The notes under the pieces are model-generated. The model made no database searches. It was not told the origin of the DNA and saw only the letters and a program-made list of their open reading frames with translations. The position numbers and the translations under genes were made by a program. A stretch of DNA of 64,000 nucleotides from Iphione sp. A-MEVVRFRX5 (lineage: Eukaryota), in NCBI GenBank assembly GCA_976226885.1, contig OZ320317.1, forward strand, positions 80,352,001 through 80,416,000, given 5' to 3'. Positions 48,832 to 63,000 of the stretch are shown piece by piece. Within the stretch, counting starts at the first letter, position 1. Each line of letters starts with the position of its first letter.

Positions 48832-50425
48832 CTAGAAAGAAACTGATGAAGAATAGAGTGTAAACTAGATACCTATGTATTTTTGGGTTGCTAAGCAATG
48901 AACTTACTTTAATTTTACCGTGCTTTCATCATGAGTTGTTGTAAAGTTTGTGTTGTTTACATTACGCATGGATGAAAGTTCATTAGGAGAACACTAGGAC
49001 CTGCTAAACGAAACTCGGCAATTGGCATCGTCACTTTTTCATTGTCGTTCTTTTAATTGTTCCCTTCATGTGAAAAAGAAAAGATATTCCCATGAATAAA
49101 CTTCAACAGAAAACACACTTAAAAAGCCCCACTAAAAACACTTTCCTGATGAGTCGACTGTCTCACTTACCAGCAGAACAAATTATTAATTATTTTTATT
49201 TACACTGCAATTCACATTCATATTACATGTATTGGGCACACACATACACACATACTAATAAAATTAATTAGAGCTCATGTTACATTTTTATATGGAGGTA
49301 CACAGTCATTGCTGCCACCACTTAAATTGATACAAATTTTATATCAATGTGACAAATGTTATAGAACTTTTAAATTTATCCAAATGTTACGTAAATGATG
49401 TCTGATTGCTAGATGGCTGCAGCGGTCCCTTTTATTCAGTGCACCTGTGCAAAAGAACTTAGAAAGTGTCCAACAGAGTATGGAGCTCCCCACAAATGAT
49501 TTATTTTATTTGTAATGATGTATAACTATAGATAGAAATACATGCACTGAACAACCCCAAGATAATTGTTCAAAAACGTCTTTGTATGCATGCTTTGCAT
49601 ACATTCTGAAATACATGTACTACCAACATCTTTCATCTAACATAAATGAGCTAACATTGTTGATTTATATTGTATCTTCATAAGAAAGATAGAAAACCCT
49701 ATTTCTCACATGTCATATATATATTAAGTACTTATTCCCCACTAAGTGAAATGTAATTAGCATTATATTTTGTACAGTAATTTTGTAATGGCACTGATCC
49801 CTTGTTCAACGATAGGAAATTCAAACGAGATGAGAAGGAAACCCGCACTGTATAGTGGAGAATTAGATAAGAGTGTTCCAACCTACTCCTGTCACAAGCA
49901 GTCCCAGTCTCCTCAGTATAGCAGTTTCACTATACAGTGGAAACCCCCCTTAGGGACACATTTCCGCCAGTGACCTGATCCTAATATGGGTAGTTCAGGG
50001 AAAAGAATATTCTATTTTCTATATATTAAAGGTAACATCTAGGGACACATATCAAGTAGGGACAGTTTGAAAAAAAAATTGTGTCCGCATAGAGGTTTTC
50101 TACTGTACATGGATTCAAATCATCAGTTAAAAAGTTAAAAATTGTATCTACAAAAGTCGCACAAATAAATAATAAACCGATAAGTATATAATGTAATACC
50201 CCAACAAAGGAGATTTTTGGGCTACTCTCAATATATGACACAAAATTCCAAAGTCTATTGTATAAACAATAAAAAATAAGTGATAGTTAAGCTGGCTTCC
50301 CATGTGTACATGTGTTTTTCCATACAGCATGGGTGTCTGGAAAATTGGCCGATTTTCTGCACTTCTCCAGAGAGGTGCTTTTTATGTGTTATGGTTACCG
50401 GTACAGGTATGGGTACACATGGAAA

Positions 50426-50530
50426 GTATGTAGGTATGCATGTATGTATGTATGCATGCATGTATGCATGTTTATAGTTATGTATGTATGTATGTATGTA
50501 TGTATGTATGTATGTATGTATGTATGTATG
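50426..50530. repeat. (TATG)n microsatellite, pure from ~50480
   Basis: Read directly. Confidence 0.95.
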
Positions 50531-50534
50531 GCAG

Positions 50535-50682
50535 TTGAGGCATATCAGTGGGAATTGTGCAGTTTTCATGGAGGTTGAGGCATATTGGTGGAAATTGTTC
50601 ATTTTTTTCATGGTGCTTGAGGCATATCAGTAGAAATTGTGCAGTTTTTCTTGGAGGTCGAGGCATATCAGTGGAAAATGTG
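50535..50682. repeat. ~41-bp tandem repeat, ~3.5 copies
   Basis: ttgaggcatatcagtggaaattgtgcagttttcatggagg-like units start at 50535, 50575, 50617 and 50658. Confidence 0.85.
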
Positions 50683-53600
50683 TGGCTTTATGCAAATTAT
50701 GTGCAAATTATAAAATAATTCCCATCATCTAACATATGTTGTACAGTTCCTTTTAGTGTTTGCCTGAGTAAAATGACCTGTTTGTATACTTCTAGTGTAT
50801 CTGGAGTCCAGGAAAAGGTAAATTTATGGTCCAGGTTGCTTTTCTGTGTCTGGACATCGAGCACGGGGCACGGAACCAAATGGAAATAATTATGTTGACT
50901 CACATACAATGATTCTTTTCCACGCCATGCAGTTCAGACTCTGGAGGTAATTTCCATAAACAAGGATAGCCGGCCTTATCATATGAAAATGAAAACGTGA
51001 ATTCAAGACACTATGTTAATTCGGAATTTAGTCCTTTATCCATATGTCCAACTCTAGGGTACCTGACTACCGGACAGGGAAGCTATGGTGATGAAATGCC
51101 AAGTTGGCAAACTTTGCCAACTACGAGCAACTCATTTGTTCAGGATGTAGCTCTTGTTTTCTTTATCTTGAATGGCCCCCTTGACTCTGTGAGCATTAGG
51201 CAGGACGATACTTGACAGGCATTTCACTAAACCAGGCAGGAGATTTAAAGCCCCTTGGGTGTCATGTATATTCTGTTCTCCCACGTGTTGGTCGGCTTTT
51301 CATCGTCGTCTGAGATGTGACACGCCCGCCGACGTCTGGCTAGGACTACATTTATAGTGAGAAGAGAGCCAGCGTGCTGGACAATACTGCCATAAAACAT
51401 ATCCTACCTCTGGGCTTAGTTCCACGAGGGTGGCGCCTTTTTAAGATGAGCGGTAAGACAGACGTCGGAGCGGGGGGGGGGGGGTGCACCGAGGGCTACT
51501 GTGTATGACAAGAAGGCACCATACGAAGGAAAGGGTGAGCACGAGTGAGTTCGTGGTGCCTGTGGGTGCCTCCTGTGAGATACAACGAGCGAAAGAGGTC
51601 TACTGAATCACCTCGTTAAGATGTGAACAACAAGGAGGGTGGTAGCATAAAACCTCTTTGAGAGATAAACGGAAGAAACGATGGAAGATTTCTGTGAGAT
51701 CTACATGAAGACATTGCTAATGTATAACGCCTGTAACATACAACGAATAAAGAGAGTGTCAGTTTAAAAAATACATGTACCCTTCTTGAAAAGCGCAAAG
51801 AGAACGGATAGTTGTGTTATATGGATATCAAGGGAATAATACAATGTTAGAGGATGGGTTCTGTAAGACGAAAAATATCATAGTCTAAAAAACTGACCTC
51901 AGTAAGATTTAGAGGCAGTGCCAATAGTAAAATATAAGGATCGGCGACAGGTTTATTAGGTAACGTGTGACAGATTAAACGAGCAGAGATGATGGTGCTG
52001 GTGGATGGCCTGCCTCGCTTCACCCGACATTGTAGTCACAGCTCTTGCCATGCCGTGTTGCACATGTTTCTCCACTTCTTTTAGGTCATTAATCATACCG
52101 TTAGTCTCCATAAGGGCACAGAGGAGGCCTCCCAAGGGTCGCCATATTCTGATACTTGGATGAATTTTATATAGAAGCCTTTTTGTATGCATATATTGGA
52201 AGCGAGACTGGTATGCTCTCGGACTACATATACATTCACATTAGTTCCTATCGGTGGAAATGTGGCATGCAATTACGCTAAACTGGCTGCAAATAGCCTG
52301 GCTGTTAAGTTTATCTCATAGTTACCTCACAGACCATGTCGAAATGCAGCAGTATTTCTTTAAAGGCTGTGCATCTCAATGCTGCTTCACCTGGGAGCTT
52401 GTAGCTTTCAGAAAATGTTCTATTTTAAATTCTACTTGAAAATCTGTAATCAACTGTGACCGGTACCATAAGGAACGGCAGTACTGGGAATATGGCTTTT
52501 AAGCTCAATAGCAAGATAGTCATTTTGGAAAGAGCTTTTTGAAAGTTGATTCGTTGAAATATCCTTCTCTAGTAACACATTCTTTCCTTTCAATGGGTCG
52601 TTATTGTATGGAGAATACAATACAGAGAAAATTACGAAGGGCATATCCTAATCTTTCCTCGTTGTCATGGTGAGTCAAGTAACCTTCACAGGGATCGTGT
52701 GACAAATTGATTTCAGTAAGAGGTCATCAAGGACCCAGTAGAGTACTGCACTCGTATAAGCAGTGTGTATCAAACCCAGCCTCCAGCATTTGTATTTCCC
52801 AAATCAGGAAAATCGACCAAAGAGGTTGCCTTATGGAATACAAAACAAGACATGGCCTAATGCAGCGTTCATGTTCCAAGTAAAATGTGGAGATAAAGGG
52901 GCTTTGTAAAGGGGGATCCTTAGTGCCGCAGCATAACCTCTGCTAGAGTCTACATGAACATTTTTTCTTGTGCTCAGAAATAATCACCTTGAAGCGAAGT
53001 TGTAAAGTTGGCCTTTATTGGGAAAGTAAATATTTTGCAGAGATTTAATTAACATCTATGGATACATGTGACTGGTCGCAGGAGTAGCCCTAACTATTAC
53101 TGTAGAAAGAGAAAGTAGCCTTAATATTTCAGGGGAGCTACAAAACGTGCCATGCCTATTTGGGGCCGACGTACCGGGGATCCCGCTAGGGATGGCTTGA
53201 GATGTTTTAAGTGAAGTGACAACATAGCGGCCAGGATCAACCGACATATTTGTGGAAGGACCCCATGCTATGTTTATTCATGGAAACTTCAAAGTGCGAT
53301 CGAATGTTCGCGCAAATAAAATTTTCATACAAAATTATGGAGCAGAGGGGAGTGGGGGTCACCTTTGATCCAAAATATTTTCATCGAAGCCGGACCTTCC
53401 GACAATCTGGGAGTAAATTTTATCTGAAATTTAGTGAAGAATTACTCGCAAAAATTGAGAAATTCCTATCGACACCGCATACGCCTTCAGGATATTGATG
53501 AAGTTTTCTAACCAAAACCTGCCTACTACGCGTCAGAGGGAGGCCTTTCTGATGGAGCAAGCGGTCTGTAGCATGTTCCGTCTCCTTTCCTCTGATCTAT

Positions 53601-54869
53601 TTATTTCGCCCTGCTATATGATCCCCGGAATAATGTAGAGTCTACAGCATTGTGTCTGGGTGATTCAACATTCAGCGCGTCAAAGAGATCGCACCTTTTT
53701 CTACTCGACATTCTTCGCACCCAAAACCAGAGCGACGACCGCTGGCGCCGCAGTAAACCCAAGCGGCAATCACGCGAAGCCATTGCGCCACCACACGTGT
53801 CCGTTTCCTCAATTTCCTTCTGAAATAAATTGTGGTCCACGACCCGGTCATTTCGTGACCACCCGCGGCAACAAAAGCACGATCCCTCCTCGGATTCAAG
53901 GACCTCGAACATGAATGCAAATGGACGGATGGAGCCGCAAAAGGCTGCGGTTTCTGGTAAAGCAACACCAGAGGTAAAGCTTATGGCACCAACTGGAGCC
54001 TGTGAAGCCATGCTGGTGCACGTACATGTATACTAATATTTTATCGACATCGATGCAAGCGCTTAGTTTTGGGGCGGCTGTGGCGGCGTGGGGTTCAAAC
54101 ATTTCAAGTTTACCTTTGGATTTTTGTTACCACACGTACATGTATCTCCAGGGTATACGTTTATACCGGAGCTGTTGCCGTCGTAGTTAATGGCTTGCTC
54201 TTTTTGTACTCTAGAGTTCCATTCAGCTTGAAAGTGGCCTCCGCTTCAAGTACCCTCACATGGCCCGAGAACGAGTCCGCATATTTCCCATTTAATACTC
54301 CCCTGCGTGCATTACACGATAACGAAAGCAAGTAAGCTGAAACAAATTGGCTAAAGGACAGGTTTATACCAACAGGACCTCGTTGCACCTTCTCTTTGTA
54401 CCTCAGAATACAGCTGCACTCAGGCCTGAAGTGTGCTTTCTGTATAAGGTGGTCCCTCTATAGCAGAGATTCCTCAAAATGTTTTCAATTATATGGGATT
54501 TGTTGCTTATCAAGTGTACTGTATTTAAGAAATCGAGAGATTGTTGCATTTGCCATGGTCGGATATACAAGTATTGTCAGATATCAGGTTGGCAGAGACT
54601 GAGGGACCTCTGTACGCGTCGGCACGGAACACCCCATGCCAGGATATTGCAGTGGACTTGTCACATACAGAACAACTTGTTTTCTTTTTTTAAAACTGTC
54701 CCATGCCTGGAAGTCTAGTTACTGAATAATTCTGTCAAAATATGTAATTATTGCATATATGTTGTGTGCCAGCATTGGGATCAAATCCTTTACTGAGGGA
54801 GGGTTCTAAGGGATTAAACTACCGCAAGCTACTTCGTAAAGGACCCCCTAGAACCATCCTACACTTCTC

Positions 54870-55016
54870 AATAACTAGACATAAATGTAGAATTCTGAGT
54901 AGCAAGATTTGATGCGTGATTGAATCGAAATCTTTTGAAAGATGAATCAAGATTCTACAAACACACTGGAGAAACACGTTGGCTTGTGCTAGGCACTCTC
55001 TAAATCGTATGTACAT
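54870..55016 (-). pseudogene. Old LINE reverse transcriptase fragment
   Basis: LIHLSKDFDSITHQILLLRIL resembles the RT motif FLDLSKAFDxVxHxILLxKL. Confidence 0.5.
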
Positions 55017-56244
55017 CTAGCTAACAATTATGTGTCCTTAGATTACTGTTCCTAGACTCTTTCAATTACTTGCATAGATTTGTTGCGTCCGGCTTCTTAC
55101 TCCTGTTATAATTACACTACTACCAAGTCACCCGCTACTGGCAGGTAGCACGCACTACAGCTTTCCATTGGAATCCATAAGTATACATGTAGTCATCCTT
55201 CTATGTGCTGTTCACATGTACACGTCAACCGCAATGAAATATCCGTACCTTGGCAGCCCTTAGGTAGAACATGACAGAACAGAACATGACAGAGGATAAC
55301 TACAGTCATCACACCGTCTCCCTTACTGAGGTAGCTGTTTCAAGATAGGCTCGCTACTAATGTGTGGAATTTCAGCAGAATATCTGATCTGTAATTGAAT
55401 TTCAAGCCAATTGAGAAGGATTCTACGACGTAGTTGAAGACATCACGAGCTCTTTCCTGCCCGTTGAACCTTTTACAGCAGTTTTTATTTCCCCCAAATG
55501 GTCTTATTGCTTCTTATATTAATGGGCATTGTGTTCTCTCTGGGCTGCTTGATAACGCCCACAGGAGACATCACTCCGTCTCCCAGTATATGATGTACAT
55601 GTACATGTATATATGGCGCCGGGGAAATCCGAATGGTCTGTTCATGACAATGCCCAATAAACGCTCTCTATAACGTCCTAATAAGATATAAGCGAGATAT
55701 ACTGCGTCATGTAGGGAATTTTAAGGAGTTATTAGAGCTATTCAAACCCTGCCGGTTCTTAGGTACTAGAATGATGATTTTCGGAGAGATGTGTGTCTGT
55801 GTCCCCGGAAAGTGACAACTTAAAAACCAAGAAACGAGACATACTAATCAGGTACCCTACCAGGCTGTCGAATGCGTGTATTTGTGAGACACAGCAGGCT
55901 CATCGTGTGGTATGAGCACACCTTCTTATGCCTCACCTTGTCGCACGTGAAAAGATCTGTTCTTCGAAACGTGTGGACAAATTCGTCTACAACTCTGCGG
56001 TAGATACCTGTAATGGAGCTATAGATAACAACTGTCCACTATTGTCCTCTATATACCAAAATATGTACTGTTAAAGGGCACATTGGCCTATAAACGTTAC
56101 AGCAAGCAGTGTCTAAAGAACTTACAACTTGACAATCGCATGTTAGTGCAAAGACAAGAATAGATGTGTGTGTTGCACCACTCAAAACAAACTGGTTTGA
56201 TAAAAAAAATGTTGGTTGAATTTAACCAAATGACCCATCGCTGG

Positions 56245-56419
56245 GAGCCTTGGATATTGTCCAATTTCATCAGTCTCTGACTGCTGGTATCACGAAGAAA
56301 TATCCTAGCCACAGACCTTTGCTGAACAATGGTAATCCATCTGTAAATGGGAAATTTCCAAAGGTTTTAGTGGCTTCAGCACTCAAAGAGAAGTGAAGAT
56401 TGGACAATATCCAAGCCTC
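56245..56419. repeat. Inverted repeat (20-bp arms, 19/20), possibly a MITE relic
   Basis: gagccttggatattgtccaa (56245-56264) versus ttggacaatatccaagcctc (56400-56419), with loose complementarity continuing inward. Confidence 0.55.
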
Positions 56420-59400
56420 TTAGTAATAGGTGCATTACATAGGTCAAAGTGTGTCTAAGCAAAGCACTGGTGGTTCTAACAAACTTATGTCTGATATTCG
56501 ACCAATGTTTTTGCAAGAAAAAACAAAAATGCATAATTGAAATAATCAATGTTATTGGTTACTAGATTCCACAAAATTTAGTCAATATATTGGTGATGAC
56601 TAATTTATATCAACCAATAACACTGGTTGAAAACAGGCTCAAGTTAATTCATTTTTGCCATTTGGAGTTGAATACATAACTGAAGGATCTTTATATTAAA
56701 CGAACTATATTGCCTTATAATCTACGATCTGAATACTACTTGGCCCTACTTGCAACGAGGATAATTTCAGAGCAAATGAATAGAGGCATCATGCCTTCTC
56801 CTCATCCCAGCCATAGTAGTTCTAATTTAGCTGTCAAACAAATTAAACCAAGGCCGCTAAGTGTAAGGAGATCCGTCATGTGTAATGCTATTAGAGTTTG
56901 CAACTACTTGCCAAAGTGACTTAAGACTGACTGCTCAAAACGGTAGTTGAAATGTTACTGTATGGGTAAGATGAGGCAGGAAAACCAGAGAGTCCCCATT
57001 TGTGAGCAAATACCAATATTATGGCCTGAAACCAGAAGCTACCAAAGAACCATGAATACTGAATCTACCATTTACGACTTTACCACGCATCACCCGGGCA
57101 ATGTGCAGTAATTCCTTTTATCTCCTACTCAAAATCATATACCATCATTTTCATACCATCGCTGTTTATTTTGTCTCTCTTACACTGTCAAGCTAGTAAC
57201 GTGTTGTGTTGGAGTTAAATTCATTATGGATGTAGATGATGCTCTTTGTATTATTCTCTTGGTAATTAAACTTAAGCTGCATCTGGAGGTGCAAGGACAA
57301 AGTAACCTAACGAACTGCAGAATAAATAAACGTTTCCAAAAAAGAAAACAGATAGCTACATTTTAGAACTGAAGGCTTTTAATTATGTGGATATGTATAG
57401 TTTTGCCAGGAATGAAGTACTTGCAAGGGATGCTGAGAGGAAAATGTTTCGTAAGATTTAATTTTTTTGACAAGCAATTTTTGCCAGTTACAACAAACAA
57501 TGAAACTGAGTCAACAGTAATACTGCTTAAAATAACCAATTTTGGCTCATTCAATAAAATCGAATACATAAACCGCGTATGTGTATTATATTCTCTGCGT
57601 CTGCTACGTGTAGTTAACAGCTTTCTCATTCCTCTACACTTTTAAGTCGATCTTCTCTGATCTGAGTGTTATCATTTCTGGTCACTGTGGCTAAAACCAT
57701 TGCACATGTGCATCCATGCCTTATTCCTTAGAGAGAAGATTGCACTGGTATGAGCTTATATTTATTCTACCACTGAGTAGAAGATCAAAGATTCGCGGAT
57801 CACACAGTATGCGGCTAATTGCTTTGTCTTTATTTAAACTGAAGCTATTTACACGGTTATGTTTTCACTCAGGGCCATTCATATTAATTTAATAAACTGC
57901 TACATATATATGGTAGTTGTTGAAAAAGTGAAATGATGGCGGAAATTTTCCATATCATACTGTAGTCCAGCATTGACCGCTGTGCCTTCGGAGGCACTAA
58001 CATTTTAAGGGACTGTTTCTCGAATAGTATCGTAACTTAATAACCGGGTGACAGAAGCAAAAACACCTTAAAACAGCCCGTTAAAAGTGTGTTGGAAAAG
58101 TTACTGACAGGAGTACAAATGGATGTCTGAGGATTATGTTTACCTACATGAAGAGGAAAAAAGAAAGGAAGAGGAGGAGAAAAAGGAGGTCACCCTGAAA
58201 AAAAGGCAGGAAGATGACAAGACGCCGATGAAATGGAAATTTTGTGTGAAGGAGAAGGCTGGTTCGATTTCTAGTGTCACCTATAGTCAGAGTTACCGTT
58301 CAGATTGAGTTGTAATAGCACCAAGTTGCTCTACAACCGACTTGTCGTAGAACTTGCTACTAATTTATCCCGTACGTGGATGACTGATTTTCATAGACCA
58401 GAACTACACTCGTTATTTCTCATGTGTTGACCTTTAAAGTGGAATCGCCCCCAAGTTTTCTCATGGGAGGAAAGTAGAATGGCGCCTTCATTTCACTTCA
58501 GCGCCGAGGTGTGCTATCTGCCTGCCTGCACGCAGAGGTAGTAGTAGTAGTACATTCCACTCTGCCAGGAAGGAGGACCCCCGGTTGACCCCTGTCACTC
58601 ACTGACACACGCTGGCACCACACACAATCGATTCTCAGTTGCAGGATGGAACTGTTGAAACGTGAATACATATATCCATTAATGTGTGTCTTTTAGTGAA
58701 TGTGTGGAAGGCTGACAGGGTCGAGATAGGGGTCGCGTTCTTCTTCGGGGTTGTGCAGAAACGTTTACTGCGAAACACACCTGCAGTGAAGCCGACAGAC
58801 ATCGTGTTACTTCCAACGTCACTATTGGCGAGACGATCTGGTTGGGTGTTCTATGAGGTTCAATCGCTTGTACATCCAAACGGTTGTAACAACGAGATGT
58901 TCCTCTATAAATTATCATTATATGTAATCGAAATTCCGAGGAAACCGCTAGGCCTGCCCGACCATAACTCATCAGCTGCAGAAGCAGGGGAAGGAACCGG
59001 TGTGGTATGGCATAGCGGAAGTCATCGTTGCAGCAAAGGTCAAGAACCAGCCTCTTGGTAAGCTACACTAATGCCTGCACGTTCTCTTAATTTATTACCT
59101 AAATATCAAACGCTCCACCCTAAGGCGTTCGGTCAATATGAGGGTTCCACACATATTAGCCCAGGAGAATCAGATGGTTTTGAGTCCTTTCAATCACTCA
59201 TCCCCCGCCCCTGAATACTCTTCATGCACGTAAATCCCCTACATGGGGAACCTAAGATAGCCCTCCCCCCCTACCGGGATCTAGGTGCGATGCGCCCAGC
59301 TGCAATCACTGCCGCATAAACCTGGAGGTGTAGTGCTCTATAGCGGCGACAAGCGGTCGTCCAGCATCAATAAAAACCGAGGGAGAAGATCGTAAAGGCG

Positions 59401-59821
59401 AACTGGGTTAGCACCCGGAATAACGCAATAATTCATCACCTTTGACTAATTTGACTTTTTTCTGATTTGCATATTCGTCAGCAAGGGAGAAGAAACAGAG
59501 GGAAGCAGAGGATGGCGTGAATATCTGCGTGGGTAACTTTTGATAGTTGTGTACGTGCCGTATATTTCATTTCGTTTCATAATTCTTTATGAGTCTTTCT
59601 ACATCAACCAATGGTTGTCATTCGGTAGGAACTCAGCCAGGAATAAACAAAGGGCAACAAAACTTGAGACTACAATACATGACAATGTAATCTTCATATC
59701 CAAACTTGACTGAAAAATTCATCTGAGTTGAGCATGATCGCATGTATCTTAGACAAGAAATCGCTTGAGCGACGTTTGGAAATCTCCTATGTAGGCGACT
59801 TCGTATGCTCAATAAAAGTAT

Positions 59822-60040
59822 TGAATCTGAATCTGAAATCTTCACTTTCCTCTTAAAGGCCGCTCGTTCTTCATCCATCACCCAAAGTGGTAGCTTGTTC
59901 CACTCGGAGACTCCTACATACAAATAATCATTACGATACATATTGGATTGGGGCCTTTCACGATCAACGATATGCCTCCCATCAGTTCTTGTTGCAGTCC
60001 TTCGTCTCTCAAGCAAAAATGAATGAAGGAACATAAACAT
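59822..60040 (-). mobile_element. 5'-truncated 3' end of a CR1/L2-type LINE
   Basis: RTATRT...SNMYRNDYLYVGVSEWNKLP...AAFKRKVK matches the ORF2 C-terminal WNxLP region. It is followed by a (TTCAGA)n-type tail at 59822-59840. Confidence 0.6.
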
Positions 60041-63000
60041 ACACGTATACGACTTAGTGTGTTCTGTGGGGACATGTGCTGGTCTTCAGCAGTCTGAGCA
60101 AGGAATTCTTGAATAGGAACATGCCAACTTGGAAGCGTGAACCTTTGGTTTGAAGACTTGTCGGTCGTATTAAAGTTCGGCTGCATGACTGCTCAGCAAC
60201 ATCAGACCGGCCATCCTCATATATCAGAGAATGTTTTCCTTTGCCTCTCCTGATATATCTAACCGATACCCTAACCCAGTAACCTGTCTGTTCTCCCGTA
60301 TGCATATACATGTTCCTTGGTATGTTTCTGACGAGTTGTCGTATCGGCAAGCTCGATCACTGGGCAGTTATCATGTTGCCGATTTGCTGGCAGTGATTCA
60401 TGCTGATAACCTTGGTATTTTCAGTAGGCCTCTTCCACAGATACGTCCGTTCCCATTTCCATTTATAGCCTTTATCTTTTTTAATAAATTGAAATGACCC
60501 TTTGCTCTCTCGCTTCCACATTTCTTTGTCGTCTCATAGTAAAGTTCTTTTGGGCAGTTGGGTGGGTTTTTTTCCGCATGGATTGTAGATTCATATGAAA
60601 ACGTCGGTACGCTTTAAGAACGCCCATAAATGATTGTTACACGGCCATGGATTCACTAATGTAATTCTTATATCACAAGAGAGGCTTCTTTTTTTTGCGT
60701 GTTCTCACAAGCTCCAGCGGCGAACTGTCAGCACAAGTCAGTGTGCTCGAATACCAGCTGCCACACACGATCAGACAAGGAATTTTTTTTAAAAAGCTCC
60801 GGAGGCTCAGTAACGGCATCGCGCGTACGAAGCTCCTGTTAGCAATGATAGGGTATCACAATGTCTGCAGTTGACTATTTAAGCCGGTTTGTTCTGACAT
60901 TTCCCCTCCGCTAACTTTTTTTTGCAGGGATCAGCCATCCTGTGGGTTTCCTTTTTAGCTACTCACTCTATGTGCCTCCTTGTCTCCCTGTCAGTCACTA
61001 TGACAGCATCGTTTCACTTAGCGGATATGAATGTATTTTACACTCTCCATCGACCTGTTATGCTACCTGAATGAAATACATTTGCTCTGCCCCATCTCCT
61101 CCACGTGTCCCGCTTCCCTCCCAATCTGTCTCCTGAACATTTTATTTGCAGAGGCTCCATCATGCCCTCCTACAAACACTTCATGTTTCAGCTGTCAAGT
61201 CAGGCCCTGTTTTCTCTCTATATCATGCATGCATACATGCCCATTCAACACGGGGAATGCTTTGTTTAAAAGCTCATTCGTGTTATTATCAGACTGTACC
61301 CCTTAGACCGTATAAAGTGTTTATTTACAGAGAAATGTGATTACCAAACACTGTGATACATGGCTCCATTGAACGTTTGTTCCCTTTTATTGTGCACATG
61401 AAATTATGGATCATATCAACTCGACAGCACTTGTATATATTCCCACATGTTCGTTATATTGTTCTCTCATTCAACATGAAAAAAAACTCCGTATTCTATG
61501 GAGACAGTCGAATGAAGAATTAAATTTAATTCAACACTAAATTGATTTGTCCTTGAGGATCCAAGTGACACTCGCCCGAATTTACCGTCTGTTTTCGCAT
61601 CACACCAAGCAACCTCGATGTTCTCAACATCCCCGCCCTCCACTCTATACCTTCCTGGAGACAGTCTGTCCGTTTTCAAGGGTAAAACAGACAATTTGGT
61701 CTGAGACAACCCTCGCACGCAGCACAATTAGTAAAACATACAGCAAGCACGAAGCCACCAGCTGCAACCGAGCGGGCCCGATGTGGCTTCCCGTAGCGCT
61801 CACTGCAATTGGCAAAGCAAGTGCTGGCAAATTGGCTGACAAGGCAGCACAGAGGGGTGCGATGGCCGGGGGGAATGGAAGTAGTGGTGCCGAGACTACA
61901 CGCCCGGTGGACGTCATGTACCGCCAAACGTGACACGCCCATTATGTTCACGGTGTATCTCTTAAATACGGTATAGGCCGTCAGTAGGGGAGACAAGGGC
62001 TGATCAAATATAAACCCAACGGGGGGCGGGGTGGCGGGGTGTGGGGTTGAAGGAGTTGACTGCTGGATCTTTATTGATGGAGGGCGAAGCTGACTCCGTA
62101 CCTCCGAGGGATAAACATCAGCGCCGACACGACAGAGCGAATTTAGATGAATGTACATAGTTTTATAGGATTTCGCCCCTAAAGTAGCGTCAGGTAACAG
62201 TTTTCACACGTCCCGTAATTCGGAAACTGCCACTCATCAAAGGATTTCTGTATTTTTCTTTCCTTCCTTATTTTTTGGACTTTACAAAGACAGAAAGTTA
62301 TACTGTATTGGAGGAAGCCAGTCACAAAAGGGAATTTGACTAACAATAATTAATGGATTAATTAATAATCGATTTCCGTCGTACATAGAGGCATGATAAC
62401 CTTTTCCATGGACATTCATCTGGATGGGGAGTACCTCCCGATACATAGTCTAATGAGTTTGACTGAAGAACATTGTACAGGGTACATACTAGCTTAAAAT
62501 TGGTCAAATATACCGTGTTTTAGGTATGGTGTCGGTATGGGAGGTATCGGCAGTAAATTTACGAGAAAATATTGGTGACTGACTGAAAGAAGTGCGGAAA
62601 ACTTGTTTTTGGAGATTATAGTCTCGGTAGTATCATATAATACCACAGAGTGATACTTCAGTATCTCTGTCTAGTTGTACCTAGTTGTATCATGAATGTG
62701 CCACATATACACCTTATTCTGTGATGCAATTTAACCTCACCTCACGACAAAGCTTTGCAAATCCAAAGAGTAGCTGCTATGCTTACAAAATCCCCTCCAT
62801 AATCGACGGAACCCTATATATAAGCATATCTGCTCACAGTCATGTTTCCTCTACTCGCCAGCCAGGAGCACCTTTAATATACCATTCCCCGGTGACTGGC
62901 GTGTCTACCCGCCAAATCTGCTTAGTCTGCGGTTTGCCTGCAGATTACTACCGGAACAATCCGTTAATAGTCTCCATTCTTTCTCGAGGGCTAGCCTCCA

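Noticed and set aside
51102-51122. Perfect palindrome AGTTGGCAAA-C-TTTGCCAACT
   Set aside because: 10-bp arms are near chance expectation for this window. The spacing (N7) does not fit the NFI site TTGGC-N5-GCCAA.
53830-54340. CpG-rich patch with possible first exons (MNANGRMEPQKAAVSG...; VPFSLKVAS...|GTAAGC)
   Set aside because: No recognisable product or consistent exon chain; it cannot be supported without transcript data.
61547-61933. ORF with WLP...ADKAAQRG resembling an RNase H C-terminus
   Set aside because: Spacing does not match WxPxHxGxxGNExAD and the upstream RNase H motifs are absent.
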